Shown here: one piece after another, positions 26,406-39,492 of the stretch
Position numbering within the stretch: position 1 is the first letter of the stretch
Layout of the letters: each line of letters starts with the position of its first letter
Assembly (NCBI GenBank): GCA_046597055.1
Contig: JBKJLC010000244.1
Span: 1-64,000, forward strand
Length of the DNA stretch: 64,000 nucleotides
Origin: Kofleriaceae bacterium
Lineage (GTDB): Bacteria > Myxococcota_A > Polyangia > Haliangiales > Haliangiaceae
Direction: 5' to 3'
Program-made: the position numbers and the translations under genes
Notes under the pieces: model-generated
What the model saw: the letters and a program-made list of their open reading frames with translations, nothing else
What the model was told of the DNA's origin: nothing
Databases searched by the model: none

Positions 26406-27083
26406 TCAGAGCTTCCGGTACACGCCGACCACGATCCCGATGATGTCGACCGACTTGAACTCGGCCTTGCGCACGTAGATCGGCGCCATGTTCGAGTTGG
26501 CCGGCTGAAACCGGATGCGATCTCCCTCGGGAAAGTACCGCTTCACGGTGGCCTCGCCCTCGATCATCGCGACCACGATGTCGCCCGGGCGTGCGGTCAC
26601 GGTCTTCTTCACGAAGACGAAGTCGCCGTCGAAGATCCCGTCATCGATCATCGATTCGCCGACGATGCGCAGCCCGAAGACGTCGCGGTGGTTGCCGACC
26701 AGGACCCGGTCGATGCGAACGGTGTCCTCGACGTTCTCGACCGCCAGGATCGGAAGGCCGGCCGCGACTCGGCCCAGGATCGGGATCTCGATCATGTCCT
26801 CGTCGGTCACCACCGGCGCGACGCCATCGGCCTGGCGGCGACGCTCGGCCAGCGATACGACGTTGGCCATCGCGACCGGGCGCATCGCGCGCGACTTGAG
26901 GTCCTCGCGCCGGAGGTACCCCTTCTTCTCGAGCGCTTTCAGATGATCGTTGACCCCGTTGGTTGACCGGATGCCGAAGTGCTCGCCAATCTCACGTAGG
27001 GTGGGCGGAAAGCCACGACCATTGATTGAATCCGCAATGAAATCGAGGATTTGCTGTTGACGTTCGGTGAGCAAGTCGGGCAT
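26406..27083 (-). CDS. lexA: SOS repressor LexA
   Basis: [12 protein letters not shown]...[17 protein letters not shown] cleavage site, GESM (Ser) and TVKR (Lys). Confidence 0.97.
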   Translation of the reverse strand: MPDLLTERQQQILDFIADSINGRGFPPTLREIGEHFGIRSTNGVNDHLKALEKKGYLRREDLKSRAMRPVAMANVVSLAERRRQADGVAPVVTDEDMIEIPILGRVAAGLPILAVENVEDTVRIDRVLVGNHRDVFGLRIVGESMIDDGIFDGDFVFVKKTVTARPGDIVVAMIEGEATVKRYFPEGDRIRFQPANSNMAPIYVRKAEFKSVDIIGIVVGVYRKL

Positions 27084-27102
27084 GGGTGCACCTCTGAGAG
27101 GA

Positions 27103-27145
27103 CCTGAACGGATACACCGTACTGAACGTCCATGCACCCTGTCAA
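27103..27145 (-). promoter_or_regulatory. lexA promoter with two tandem candidate LexA boxes
   Basis: Minus strand TTGACA-N18-TACGGT. Two CGTTCAG cores lie 18 bp apart (plus-strand CTGAAC at 27104 and 27122), matching the GTTCAG core of the Myxococcus xanthus LexA box. Confidence 0.65.
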
Positions 27146-27200
27146 ACTTTCGCCCGGGAATATGTGCGAGCGACGGCGCGCTGGGAGTAAGGAAGCATCG

Positions 27201-28121
27201 ATGGTCCTCGAACGCGCACTGTGCGTGCTGGCGGTGCTCGCGATGGCCGCGCCGGCCGGCGCTGCCTGGGGGCCGACCTACCGATCGGGCGACGTCGCCG
27301 AGCTGCGCCGGGCGGCCATGAACGGCGGCGCCGCGGCCGTGCGCCAGCGGCTACGCAGCCGGGACCGGGGGACGGTGCTGGGCGCGATCGTCGCCGCCGA
27401 GGCGGCCGGCGACGCCTGGGAGCTGCTCGATGATCTGGCGGTGCTCGCCAGCGGGTGGGATCGCGCCACCGCCGCGCCGGCCGCCCACGCCGCGGCCCGG
27501 ATCGCGCGCACGATCGACGGCGAACGGATGATCCGGCTCGACGTGCCCGACGACCGGATCGCCGACGCGGCGGCGGCGTGGCGCACGCTGGCCGAGCGCG
27601 GCGATCGCTGGAGCGACGTCCGGGTTCACGCGCTCGAGGTCGCGGCGCGGTTGGATGGCGCGCGGGTGGCCACCGCCGAGACCGCGCCCGACGTCGCCGC
27701 CGACCTGCTCGTGCTGGCCGCGGATCCAGATCCCGAGGTGCGGCGCGCCGCCCTCGAGCTGGTGCCGATCCCGGCGGCTGCGAGCGCGTGGCCGGCGCTG
27801 GTCGCACGGGTCGTGGACGATCGGGTGCCGGCGGTACAGCTGGCAGCGGCGCAGACCCTGTGCGCCGGGCTGCCACACGATGCCGCGGCGGTGCTGGCCG
27901 CGCTCGGTCCGGCCGGCCTCGAGGCGATGCGGGTCGCGGCCCGGTCGTCCGGCTCCGGCGCCGCCGCGGTCGCGGTCGCGCGCTGCCTGGCCGCCGATCC
28001 CGATCCGCGCTCGCAGCGCGCGCTCCTCCAGCTGCGCCACACCGCGCCGCCGACCGTGCGAGGCGCGATCGCCCGGGTCGCCGCGACCATCGACCCCGCG
28101 CGCCCGGCGAGCGCCCCGTGA
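27201..28121 (+). CDS. Exported HEAT-repeat-like protein
   Basis: Signal peptide ([16 protein letters not shown]); HEAT-like [15 protein letters not shown] and [15 protein letters not shown]. Confidence 0.7.
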   Translation: MVLERALCVLAVLAMAAPAGAAWGPTYRSGDVAELRRAAMNGGAAAVRQRLRSRDRGTVLGAIVAAEAAGDAWELLDDLAVLASGWDRATAAPAAHAAARIARTIDGERMIRLDVPDDRIADAAAAWRTLAERGDRWSDVRVHALEVAARLDGARVATAETAPDVAADLLVLAADPDPEVRRAALELVPIPAAASAWPALVARVVDDRVPAVQLAAAQTLCAGLPHDAAAVLAALGPAGLEAMRVAARSSGSGAAAVAVARCLAADPDPRSQRALLQLRHTAPPTVRGAIARVAATIDPARPASAP

Positions 28122-29698
28122 GCCGCCGGCTGGGCCGGGCCGCCGGCCTGATCTCGCTGGCGACCATGCTGTCGCGCGTGCTCGGCCTGGTCCGCGAGCA
28201 GCTGTTCGCCGCGCTCATGGGTGCGTCGAAGTACTCCGACGCGTTCATCGCCGCGTTCCGCATTCCGAACCTGCTGCGCGATCTGCTCGCCGAGGGCGCG
28301 CTGTCGCAGGCGTTCGTGCCCACCTTCAAGGGCGAGCTGCGCGAGAAGGGGCAGCCCGGCGCGTACCGGCTCGGCAACCTCGTCGCCGGCAACCTCGGCG
28401 TGCTCGTGCTGGTGCTGATCGGCGTCGCGCTGGTGTTCACGCCCGAGATCGTCCTGGTGCTCGCGCGCGACTACGCCGACGTCCCGGGCAAGGTCGAGCT
28501 CACCGTCGAGCTGACCCGGGTGATGATGCCCTTTCTCCTGTTCGTGACCTGGGCCGCGGTCGCGATGGGCATGCTGAACTCGCAGGAGCGCTACGGCGCG
28601 CCGGCCCTGGCACCGGCGATGTTCAACGTGGTCGCGATCATCATCGGCGCCGGGCTGCACTTCGCGGGGATGAGCGGGCGCGACGTGGTGGTGGGCTGGG
28701 CGGTCGGGACCCTGGTCGCTGGCCTCGCCCAGCTCGCGATCCAGCTGCCGACCCTGTGGCGGATGGGCTGGCGGCCGCGCCTGCGGCTCGATCTCCGGCT
28801 GCGCGATCCGGCGGTGCGTCGGGTCGCACTCGTGATGGCGCCGGCCATCATCTCGGTGGCCGCGGTCCAGGTGAACGTCTTCGTCAACACCACGTTCGCG
28901 TCGGGCGAGCCGGGCGCGGTGTCGTGGCTCAACTATGCGTTCCGCTTCCTGCAGCTGCCGATCGGCGTGTTCGGCGTCGCGATCGCGACCGTGACGACCA
29001 CCCGGTTCGCCGACGCCGCGGCCGAGCAGGATCCGGCGGCGCTGTCGCGCCACCTGGTCGAGGGACTCCGCCTGGTCGCGTTCCTGTGCGTGCCAGCCAC
29101 GGTCGGCCTGATCGTCCTGGGCGAGCCGATCATCCGGCTCATCTACCAGCACGGCCGCTTCCTTCCGACCGACACCGACGCGACCGCGCAGGCGCTCGAC
29201 TTCTACGTCACCGGGCTGGTCGCCTACGCGGCGGTCAAGGTGCTGGCGCCCGCCTTCTACGCCATGCGGCTGACCCGGATCGCGGTGGTGGCGTCGGTGT
29301 CCGCGGTCGCCGGCAACGTGCTGGGCAACGCGCTGCTCCACCCGTACTACGGCTACCGGATCCTCGCGCTCGGCACCGCGCTGTCGGCCGTGATCAACTG
29401 CGCGATCCTGTACTTCAGCTTCCACCGCTTCATCTCGCCCATCCCGCACGGCGCCCTGATCCGCTACCTGCTGCGGATCAGCCTGGCGGCGGCGATCATG
29501 GCGGGGGTCACCTGGCTGACCGCGACCGGGCTGGACGCGGGGCTCGGCCACCACGGCTTCATCGCCCGCGCGATCGTCGTGTTCGGGTCGGTCGGGGTCG
29601 GCGCTGCCGTCTATGCGGCCGCCTGCGTGGTGCTGCGGATCGAGGAGCTGGAGCCGGTCCTGGCCAAGATCAGCCGGCGCCTGCGCCGGCGCCCCTGA
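28118..29698 (+). CDS. murJ: Lipid II flippase MurJ (MviN)
   Basis: [37 protein letters not shown] and [18 protein letters not shown] overlap with the upstream gene. Confidence 0.96.
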   Translation: MSRRLGRAAGLISLATMLSRVLGLVREQLFAALMGASKYSDAFIAAFRIPNLLRDLLAEGALSQAFVPTFKGELREKGQPGAYRLGNLVAGNLGVLVLVLIGVALVFTPEIVLVLARDYADVPGKVELTVELTRVMMPFLLFVTWAAVAMGMLNSQERYGAPALAPAMFNVVAIIIGAGLHFAGMSGRDVVVGWAVGTLVAGLAQLAIQLPTLWRMGWRPRLRLDLRLRDPAVRRVALVMAPAIISVAAVQVNVFVNTTFASGEPGAVSWLNYAFRFLQLPIGVFGVAIATVTTTRFADAAAEQDPAALSRHLVEGLRLVAFLCVPATVGLIVLGEPIIRLIYQHGRFLPTDTDATAQALDFYVTGLVAYAAVKVLAPAFYAMRLTRIAVVASVSAVAGNVLGNALLHPYYGYRILALGTALSAVINCAILYFSFHRFISPIPHGALIRYLLRISLAAAIMAGVTWLTATGLDAGLGHHGFIARAIVVFGSVGVGAAVYAAACVVLRIEELEPVLAKISRRLRRRP

Positions 29699-29734
29699 TC
29701 GCGCGCGGGGCGGTGCTAGAGTGCGCGCTGGGGG

Positions 29735-30955
29735 ATGGCGCCGATGGACCGCGTTGCTTTCGAGACGGCTCGCCTCGAGCTCGCCCGCATCCAGATCAAG
29801 CCGCTCAGCGGCCAGTCCCACGCGCTCGAGCACGCGCTCAAGCTGTGCGCGCGGACGCTGAAGGTCGAGCGGGTCGGCTACTGGGAGCTGTCGCCGGACG
29901 GTGAGCGGCTGGTGTGCCGGCTGGTCTACTCGCTGGCGCGCGACGAGATCGGCGCCGGCGACGTCCTGACCCGGTCGCGCTATCCGACCTACTGGACGGC
30001 GCTGCACGAGAAGCGCGTCATCGCCGCGCACGACGTCTCGGCCGACCCGGCCACCGCCGAGCTGTGGACGAGCTACCTGCGGCCGCTCGGCATCGGCGCG
30101 ATGCTCGACGCGCCGGTCTATCGCAGCGGCGAGCTGTGCGGCGTGGTCTGCCTGGAGCACGTGGGGCCGGCGCGCACCTGGACTGCCGAGGAGATCAACT
30201 TCGGGAGCTCGGTCGCCGATCTGTTCTCGATGTTGCTCGAGCAAGGCGATCGCCTGGCCGCGCAGGAGCAGCTGCGGCTGCACATCGGCGACGTGGTGGC
30301 GTCGGAGAAGCTGGCGGTGCTCGAGGACCTGTCGCGGGCGGTCGCCCACGACTTCGCGAACCTCATCACCGCGGTCGAGCTGGTCGCGGCGCGGCTCCGC
30401 CAGCGCTCGGGCGAGGACGTCGAGCTGGCCACCGGGCTCGAGAGCGTCGCCCACGTGGCGGGCGACCTGCTCGGGCAGCTGCGCCGGTTCGGGGCGCGCA
30501 CCACGGCCGGGCCGGTCACGCTGCCGCTGCGCCAGGTGGTCGAGCGGATCGCGCCGATCCTGTCGACGCTCACCCGCGGCGTGGCCGAGCTGTCGGTCGA
30601 GCTGGCGGTCGAGCCCGACGACGTGGCCGCGGTGACCGCCGACAAGCTCGAGCAGATCATCCTCAACCTCACGCTCAACGCGCGCGACGCGATCGACATC
30701 CACGGCAAGGTGACCCTGCGCGCGCGCCCCGATGGCGATGCGCTCGTGATCGAGGTCGCCGACGATGGCGCCGGCATGGCGCCCCAGGTGGTCGAGCGGA
30801 TCTGGGAGCCGTACTTCACGACCAAGAAGACCGGCACCGGCCTCGGCCTCGCCACGGTCCGCGCGATCGTCACCGCCGTCGGTGGGACGATCGACGTCGA
30901 GACCACGCTCGGCGTGGGCACGACCTTCCGGGTCCGGCTGCCGCGCGCCGGCTAG
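29735..30955 (+). CDS. Cytoplasmic GAF-domain sensor histidine kinase
   Basis: GAF (YLRPLGIGAMLDAPV...GVVCLEH), H-box VAHDFAN, N-box NARDA, DDGAGM, EPYFTTK and GTGLGL. Confidence 0.93.
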   Translation: MAPMDRVAFETARLELARIQIKPLSGQSHALEHALKLCARTLKVERVGYWELSPDGERLVCRLVYSLARDEIGAGDVLTRSRYPTYWTALHEKRVIAAHDVSADPATAELWTSYLRPLGIGAMLDAPVYRSGELCGVVCLEHVGPARTWTAEEINFGSSVADLFSMLLEQGDRLAAQEQLRLHIGDVVASEKLAVLEDLSRAVAHDFANLITAVELVAARLRQRSGEDVELATGLESVAHVAGDLLGQLRRFGARTTAGPVTLPLRQVVERIAPILSTLTRGVAELSVELAVEPDDVAAVTADKLEQIILNLTLNARDAIDIHGKVTLRARPDGDALVIEVADDGAGMAPQVVERIWEPYFTTKKTGTGLGLATVRAIVTAVGGTIDVETTLGVGTTFRVRLPRAG

Positions 30956-30970
30956 CAGAATCCCGAGGAC

Positions 30971-31065
30971 GGCCCTTCGACGCGGCGCTGCGCGCCTTGC
31001 TCAGGGATACCGGTCCTCCCAGGGGCCCCACCGCCGCCTCGCCTCCGAGGCTCCTCGCTCGCTGC
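30971..31065. repeat. REP-like unit plus 44-bp module shared with 57959-58002
   Basis: GGCCCTTCGAC-[hairpin]-GCTCAGGGATACCGG is a reverse copy of the 23-kb unit. 31022-31065 differs at 2 positions from 57959-58002. Confidence 0.8.
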
Positions 31066-31086
31066 CAGGAGGGAGCGGCATTGCTC

Positions 31087-32139
31087 TTAGACCCGGAAGA
31101 CGGCGGCGCCCCAGGTGAAGCCCGAGCCGAACACGGACGACACGATCAGGTCGCCCTTCTTGACCTTGCCCTCCTTGCGCCAGTGGTCGATCGTGAGCGG
31201 CACGGTCGCGGCGGTGGTGTTGCCGAAGAACTGGATCGTGTTGAGGCACTTCTCGGGCGGGATCTTGGCCAGCGCCGCGACCTGCTCGTTGATGCGCAGG
31301 TTGGCCTGGTGCGGCACGAACCAGTCGACGTCGTCCCAGGTCAGGCCGGTCTCGGCCAGCGCGCGCTGCGTCGCCAGGTTCATCTCGCGCACCGCACGCA
31401 CGTAGACGCGCTTGCCATCCATGTGCGGGTACATCGCCTGGTTGTGCTCGCGATCGCTGCGGTCGTACTGCAGGTACGGCGTCTTCGAGATGTCGAACAG
31501 CTGCACGTAGAGCGACTCGGCGCCGGTGCCATCGGCCGACACCTTGGTGTACATGATGCCGGCCCGGGGATCGTCGGTCTCCAGCGGCCCGAGCACGACC
31601 GCGCCGGCGCCATCGCCGAACAGCACCATCACGTCGCGGCCGCGGGTCGAGTAGTCGAGCGAGTGGCTGTGGATCTCGGCGCCGACCAGCAGGATGCGCT
31701 TGTAGACCCCGGCCCGGATGAAGGCGTCGGCCATCTGCATGCCGTAGAGGAACGCCGAGCACTGCTGGCGGATGTCGAAGCACGGGCAGTGGGTCTTGTC
31801 GGCGATGCCGAGCTTGCGCTGCAGGTACACGCCGGTGCCCGGGAAGTGCAGGTCGGGTGACAGCGTGCCGACGATGATGCAGTCGATCTCCTCGGCGCCG
31901 ACGCCAGCATCGGCCAGCGCGCGCTTCGAGGCCTCGAGCGCGAGGTCGCTGGTGTACGTGCCCGGGTCGGCGTAGCGACGCTCCTTGATGCCGGTGCGCT
32001 GCTGGATCCAGGCGTCGTCGGTCTCGGTGAGCCTGGTCGCCTGTCGCTCATGCCGGTCGTTGAGATACGGAATCTCTTCGTTCATGACGACGCGGTCGGG
32101 CACGTACGAACCAAGGCCGAGGAACTGGGTGCGGATCAT
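31087..32139 (-). CDS. fabH: 3-oxoacyl-ACP synthase III family protein
   Basis: [18 protein letters not shown] (Cys), [13 protein letters not shown] (His), GNT (Asn) and FGSGFTWG. Confidence 0.9.
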   Translation of the reverse strand: MIRTQFLGLGSYVPDRVVMNEEIPYLNDRHERQATRLTETDDAWIQQRTGIKERRYADPGTYTSDLALEASKRALADAGVGAEEIDCIIVGTLSPDLHFPGTGVYLQRKLGIADKTHCPCFDIRQQCSAFLYGMQMADAFIRAGVYKRILLVGAEIHSHSLDYSTRGRDVMVLFGDGAGAVVLGPLETDDPRAGIMYTKVSADGTGAESLYVQLFDISKTPYLQYDRSDREHNQAMYPHMDGKRVYVRAVREMNLATQRALAETGLTWDDVDWFVPHQANLRINEQVAALAKIPPEKCLNTIQFFGNTTAATVPLTIDHWRKEGKVKKGDLIVSSVFGSGFTWGAAVFRV

Positions 32140-32237
32140 GTGCGGTATCGATATCGCGACGGGGCCGCGCTGCCAAGCATGGTGCCGTGGCGGAAAGCGG
32201 TTCATGGCGGGGTGCGTCAGTGGCGCGGCGACCGCAG

Positions 32238-34301
<2,064 letters not shown>

Positions 34302-34452
34302 GGCGAGGGAAGCAGAGCCGGCTCTGCTGATCCGTACAGATCGGGCGCGGGCGCTGGCCCGCGGCCGACCGATCGAAAGGGCGGGTGGGAAGCGAAAGCT
34401 TCACACCCTCTGACGCGCCGGCGCGGCGGTCACGGCGCCCGATCGATGACCG

Positions 34453-36108
34453 TCACGGACGGGTGACCCGCACGAGCGGCGGCGCCGTCGCGCTCGCCGG
34501 CAGGCGCACCCCGAGCAGCTCGGCGAGGGTCGGCGCGATCGACAGCGCCGACGGGGTCGGGTCGCGGGTCGGCGTGAACCCGCCCGGGATCCGGACGATC
34601 ACGGGCACGTCGGTGTTGTCAGTGCTCGGCGGATCGTGCGAGGTCCCGGCCGGATAGCTGGTGACGAGGCTGCCGTCGGTCGGCACCACCAGCAGCTCGC
34701 CCGACTCGCCGTCGACCCGCGACTGGCAGGCCGCGGTGGTGAGCGGATCCAGGCCAGCGCAGCCGGCGGGCAGGGTGTCGAGCCGGATCGTGCGCGCGAC
34801 CTGCGGCACCTGCGCGACCGCCGCCGCGATCGCGTCGAGCGCCGGGCCGCGGCGGGCGTGGCCGATCAGCGCCGGGCTCGCATAGAGCATCCCCGACGAC
34901 ACCGCGACGATCCAGTCGCCCGCCCCGAGCGTGCTGGCAGCGGCGGCCTCGGCCGCGGCCTCGAGCTCGAGCGGCGGGATCCGGCGCGCGCCCGGGTGGG
35001 TGCCGCGCTCGATCAGCGGGGTCGCGCCGTGGTCGCTGGTGAGGACGACCGCGTAGCGATCGGCGCCGACCCGCTGGTCGAGGTGCGCGAACAGCCGACC
35101 CAGCTCGCGATCGAGGCGGCGCTCGAGCTCGATCATCTCCCACGACTCCTGGCCCCAGTTGTGGCCGGCATAGTCGTGGCCGGAGAACGAGATCGCGAGC
35201 AGGTCGATCGGGCCGTCGGCGCCGAGCTGCTCGCCGTCGATCGCCGCGATCGCCGCGTCGATCTCCAGCGTGTCGAGGATCGGCGTCAGGCGCAGCGCCT
35301 TGGCCGGATCGGTCGAGGTCGCCAGCGCGTGCGGGAAGGCGGTGCCGAGGCCGTACTCGTTGCCTTCACCGGACGCGTCGTCGGCGAGCTTGGTGCGGGC
35401 GGCGACCGCGGCCGGATCGTCGAGGGTCCACACCCACGCGAGGTGCGGGGCGACCGGGTGGGCGCGGTCGAGCGCGAGCGCCCAGGCCGGGAGCGCCCCG
35501 GCGTAGGCCACGCTGGTCGTCATGCCGGTCACCGCCGGCTCGTACCAGAGCGCCAGGTCCGGCCGACGGCCGATGACGAAGCAGGCGGCGCGCGGCTTGC
35601 CCGCGATCGCGATGGTGTGGGCGGCGCCGCCGGTGGCGGCCTCGAGCGCGTCGGCGACGCCGTCGACCCGCAGCGCGGCGGCCGAGGCGCCCTCGACGGT
35701 GTCGGCGGCGCGGTCGGGCAGGCCGAGCACGGTCGCGCGCGGGTCCCACTCGGCCGGGCGATCGCGGCCCTGGTCCCGGCGGTACCAGCTGTTGGCGAGG
35801 ATCCCGGAGGCCGCCGGCGTGGCCCCGGTGCCGATGGTGGCGTGCCCGGGCGCGGTGAACAGGATCGCGTGCGGATAGCGGACCCGGGGGAACACCGTGC
35901 CCTCGCGGATGAGGCGACGCAGGCCGTGCTGGTAGAGATCCTGGCGGGCTGCGAAGCCCCAGCTCGGCAGCTGGTCGATCACGATCAGGACCACCAGCGA
36001 TAGCGGCGGTGGCGATCGCGGGGCCGCAGGGCGCGGGCCGCAGCCGGCGGCGAGCATCGCCACGGCGAGCGCGAGCGGGGGCGTCGGGCGCGAGCTTCGG
36101 GGCAGCAC
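34453..36108 (-). CDS. Alkaline phosphatase superfamily (PafA-like) lipoprotein
   Basis: Lipobox LAAGC; LIVIDQL, FTAPGHATIGTG (Thr nucleophile), DYAGH and LTSDHG. Confidence 0.92.
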   Translation of the reverse strand: MLPRSSRPTPPLALAVAMLAAGCGPRPAAPRSPPPLSLVVLIVIDQLPSWGFAARQDLYQHGLRRLIREGTVFPRVRYPHAILFTAPGHATIGTGATPAASGILANSWYRRDQGRDRPAEWDPRATVLGLPDRAADTVEGASAAALRVDGVADALEAATGGAAHTIAIAGKPRAACFVIGRRPDLALWYEPAVTGMTTSVAYAGALPAWALALDRAHPVAPHLAWVWTLDDPAAVAARTKLADDASGEGNEYGLGTAFPHALATSTDPAKALRLTPILDTLEIDAAIAAIDGEQLGADGPIDLLAISFSGHDYAGHNWGQESWEMIELERRLDRELGRLFAHLDQRVGADRYAVVLTSDHGATPLIERGTHPGARRIPPLELEAAAEAAAASTLGAGDWIVAVSSGMLYASPALIGHARRGPALDAIAAAVAQVPQVARTIRLDTLPAGCAGLDPLTTAACQSRVDGESGELLVVPTDGSLVTSYPAGTSHDPPSTDNTDVPVIVRIPGGFTPTRDPTPSALSIAPTLAELLGVRLPASATAPPLVRVTRP

Positions 36109-36181
36109 ACGCCGACCATAGCGCGCCCGTCGGCAACGACCGTCTCGACAGGGTCACGGGCGCGGCGGTAGGGTGCCCGCG

Positions 36182-37501
36182 ATGCGCCCCCTGCGGTCCG
36201 GATGTCTGCTCGCCCTGCTCGCGGCCTCATGTGGTGGTGGCACCGCCAACACCCCGGACGCGGCCCCGGCCGGCCCGTATCCACCGCTGGCCGATCTCAC
36301 CCGCGACATCGTCGACACCACGCTGGCGGTCGACGTCGCGGCGCGCACGGCGACCGCGACGATCACGCTGGCGCCGTCGACCTCGGTCGGCGCGTCGTTC
36401 GAGATCGGCGACCTCGTGATCGGCGCGGTCCGGCTCGGGACCGCGCCGCTGCTGTGGACCGACACCGGCGACCAGCTCGACCTCGGCGTGCCGCCGTCGA
36501 CCGGGCCGCTGGTGGTGACGATCGACTACGCCTGGCAGACCCACGGCGACTCCGATGGCGTGTCGCCGAACGGCTACACGCTGACCTGGCCGTACTGGTG
36601 CGGCAACGTCTTCCCGTGCAAGTCCGATCCGTCCGACGGCACCACGTTCCACCTCCAGGTCACCGGCGCCGCCGCGACCTCCACGATCATCTTCCCGACG
36701 ACGATCGCGACCGAAGCGCCGGCGTACATGGCCGCGTGGATCGTCGGCAGCTACACGCGGCTCGACCTGGGCCAGACCACCGCTGGCACCCGGGTCGCGA
36801 TGTGGCACCTGCCGGGCGGGGCCACCGCCGCTCGCGCTGGCGGCGCGCACCTGCGCGACGCGTTCGACTGGATGGAGCGCAACCTCGGCCCCTACCGGTT
36901 CGGCACCGAGGTCGGGACGGTCGCTGCCAGCTGGGGCGCCGGCGCGTACGGCGGCATGGAGCACCATCCGTACTGGCACATCGGGACCGCGGCGATGGCC
37001 GACGAGGAGACCAACGTGCACGAGGCCGCACACGGCTGGTTCGGCAACGGCGTGCGGGTCCGCTGCTGGGAGGACTTCGTCCTGTCCGAGGGCACCGTGA
37101 CCTACCTGGCCGCGCGGGTGCTCGAGGAGGTCGGCAGCGCGACGCTGGGCCAGTCGGTCTGGAGCTCGTACCAGGCCGAGCTCGACGCCATGCGGGCCGG
37201 CACCGGCAACGGCGTGGCCTGGCCGCAGAGCTGCGGCCAGGTCGACATCCTGAAGGACGGCTTGTTCTCGCGGGTTCCGTACGTGAAAGGGGCGTACTTC
37301 TACCGCGCGCTCGAGGAGCGAGTCGGCCGGGTGATGTTCGATCGCGCGGTGAGCACGTTCTACCAGCGCTGGGCCGGCAAGGCGGCCGGCATGCAGGACA
37401 TGCTCGATGTGATCGAGGAGGTCACCGGCTATGACCCGCAGGCGTGCGCGCGGGCCTGGCTGATCGAGCCGACGGTCCCGGCGCTCGGCCCCTGTGCCTG
37501 A
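36182..37501 (+). CDS. M1 family aminopeptidase lipoprotein
   Basis: Lipobox LAASC; GGMEH, HEAAH...LSEG zinc motif and YVKGA. Confidence 0.92.
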   Translation: MRPLRSGCLLALLAASCGGGTANTPDAAPAGPYPPLADLTRDIVDTTLAVDVAARTATATITLAPSTSVGASFEIGDLVIGAVRLGTAPLLWTDTGDQLDLGVPPSTGPLVVTIDYAWQTHGDSDGVSPNGYTLTWPYWCGNVFPCKSDPSDGTTFHLQVTGAAATSTIIFPTTIATEAPAYMAAWIVGSYTRLDLGQTTAGTRVAMWHLPGGATAARAGGAHLRDAFDWMERNLGPYRFGTEVGTVAASWGAGAYGGMEHHPYWHIGTAAMADEETNVHEAAHGWFGNGVRVRCWEDFVLSEGTVTYLAARVLEEVGSATLGQSVWSSYQAELDAMRAGTGNGVAWPQSCGQVDILKDGLFSRVPYVKGAYFYRALEERVGRVMFDRAVSTFYQRWAGKAAGMQDMLDVIEEVTGYDPQACARAWLIEPTVPALGPCA

Positions 37502-37519
37502 TCGAGCGCGGCCGGGCCG

Positions 37520-38032
37520 TCACCGACTGGCGGCGAGCGGCTGCCAGTGGCCGTCGGTCCACACCGGCTCGCGCTCGCCCTCGGTCCAGGCGCCGGGGAC
37601 CCAGGTCTGGCCCGGGCGCTCGGGCTCCCAGCCATCGCGGATCCACACGTACGCGCTGCCGCGGTACGCGTAGTGGCCGGGCACGAACACGACGCCGGCG
37701 CGGGCCGGCTTCCACTCGCCCATGTGCCAGACGTACTGGCCGTCGCGACGGTCCCAGAAGCCGTTGAAGTAGAGTTGCCCGGGCCGCGCCGGCTCGTGAT
37801 ATCCGGGCTGCCACACCCACTGACCGTCGAGGCGTGCCCACCGGCCGTGCACCCAGACCTGGCCGGGCTGGTCCTCGAACTGGGGTTCGCGCGGTGCCGG
37901 CGGCGCCTCCGCGACGCTCAGCGCGCCGTAGCTCCCGCGCGGTCCGGTCGCGCCGCCGCCCAGGTGACAACCCGTGGTCCCGAGGACGCCGGCGAGCAGA
38001 CCGGCCAACAACCCGTGCTTGATCGTGCGCAT
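37520..38032 (-). CDS. YXWGXW-repeat lipoprotein
   Basis: Signal ending GTTGC; repeats VWVHGRW, VWQPGYH, VWHMGEW, VFVPGHY, VWIRDGW, TWVPGAW and VWTDGHW. Confidence 0.88.
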   Translation of the reverse strand: MRTIKHGLLAGLLAGVLGTTGCHLGGGATGPRGSYGALSVAEAPPAPREPQFEDQPGQVWVHGRWARLDGQWVWQPGYHEPARPGQLYFNGFWDRRDGQYVWHMGEWKPARAGVVFVPGHYAYRGSAYVWIRDGWEPERPGQTWVPGAWTEGEREPVWTDGHWQPLAASR

Positions 38033-38203
38033 CTCGGGATCGTCGCGCGTGCGCCTCGGCGCGTGCAAGCGCCGATGTGGCGACGTGTGCCGCTCGCGAC
38101 CACCTGTCGGACGGTGTCGGGTCGCGACCGGGCGTTCGGGCGGACCCGCCGAATCCCGACCGGTGGCTCATACATCCCGGCGCGGCCGTGCCAGCGTCCG
38201 GGC

Positions 38204-39448
38204 ATGGTGTCACTGCATGAGTGGGCCGAGTCGATGTGGACCGGCGCGACCCCGATCGATCACGCGTCCATCATCGGCGCCGGCATCGGCATCGCGATGG
38301 ACGAGGTCGCGCCCGGGGTCGCGTTCTTGCCCAGCCTGGGCAACGTGATCGCGCTCGACGGCGGCGATGCGATCACGCTGGTCGACACCGGCAGTTTCCT
38401 CACCGCGCCGACGGTCCACCAGCAGGTACGCGGCTGGCGGACGGCGCCGCTGCTCGCCGCGGTCTACACCCACGGCCACGTCGATCACGCGACCGGCATG
38501 GGCCCGTTCGATGACGAGGCGCGGGCGAGCGGCGCGCCCCGACCGCGGGTCTATGCGCACGAGGCGGTCGCGGCCCGCTTCGATCGCTACAAGCTCACCG
38601 CCGGCTGGAACGCGGCGATCAACGCGCGCCAGTTCCGCGTGCCTGGCCTGCGCTGGCCCACCGAGTACCGCTACCCGGACATCACCTACCGCGAGCGCTG
38701 GCACGTGGAGGTCGGCTCGATGCGGCTCGAGCTACGCCACGGGCTGGGCGAGACCGACGACCACACCTGGGTGTGGCTACCGAAGCCGCGGGTGCTGTGC
38801 ACCGGCGACCTCTTCATCTGGGCCGCGCCCAACTGCGGCAACCCCCAGAAGGTGCAGCGCTACGTGCGCGAGTGGGCCGACGCGCTCGACGCGATGCGCA
38901 CCCTCGGTGCCGAGGTGCTCCTGCCCGGCCATGGCGCGCCGATCCTCGGCGCCGACCGGGTCGCGACCGCGCTGGAAGAGACCGCCCGGCTCCTCCGCAC
39001 CATCCACGACCAGACGGTCGCCGCCATGAACCAGGGCCTGCGCCTCGACGACGTGGTCGCGGCGGTCTCGATCCCGGCCGAGCTGCTGCAGCGGCCCTAC
39101 CTGCGCCCGGTCTACGACGATCCAGCGTTCATCATTCGCAACGTGTGGCGACGCTACGGCGGCTGGTGGGACGGCAACCCCGCCCACCTGCTGCCACCCC
39201 GCGAGCGCGCGCTCGCCGCCGAGGTCACCGCGCTCGCCGGCGGCGCCACCGCGCTGGCCTCCCGCGCCCAGGCCGTCGCCGACGACGATCTGGCCCTGGC
39301 CTGCCAGCTCGCCGAGTGGGCGTGGGCCGCCGCCCCGACCGACGACGCCATCCGCGCCATCCGCGCCGCGCTCTACACCCGCCGCGCCGAGCGCGAGACC
39401 AGCCTCATGGCCCGGAGCATCTTCGCCGGCGCCGCCGACGACCGGTAG
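38204..39448 (+). CDS. Alkyl-sulfatase-like metallo-beta-lactamase fold hydrolase
   Basis: YTHGHVDH, GETDDH, LLPGHG and the dimerisation-region motif YGGWWDGNPAHL. Confidence 0.9.
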   Translation: MVSLHEWAESMWTGATPIDHASIIGAGIGIAMDEVAPGVAFLPSLGNVIALDGGDAITLVDTGSFLTAPTVHQQVRGWRTAPLLAAVYTHGHVDHATGMGPFDDEARASGAPRPRVYAHEAVAARFDRYKLTAGWNAAINARQFRVPGLRWPTEYRYPDITYRERWHVEVGSMRLELRHGLGETDDHTWVWLPKPRVLCTGDLFIWAAPNCGNPQKVQRYVREWADALDAMRTLGAEVLLPGHGAPILGADRVATALEETARLLRTIHDQTVAAMNQGLRLDDVVAAVSIPAELLQRPYLRPVYDDPAFIIRNVWRRYGGWWDGNPAHLLPPRERALAAEVTALAGGATALASRAQAVADDDLALACQLAEWAWAAAPTDDAIRAIRAALYTRRAERETSLMARSIFAGAADDR

Positions 39449-39450
39449 CG

Positions 39451-39492
39451 CCCACTCCCACTCCCTCTCCCACTCCCACTCCCTCTCCCTCT
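39451..39492. repeat. Hexanucleotide tandem repeat (CCCWCT)x7
   Basis: Read directly from the sequence; begins 3 bp after the sulfatase stop. Confidence 0.9.

Noticed and set aside
32172..32187. sigma54-like sequence CGGCACCATGCTTGGC upstream of fabH (minus strand)
   Set aside because: Has GG instead of the conserved GC at -12.
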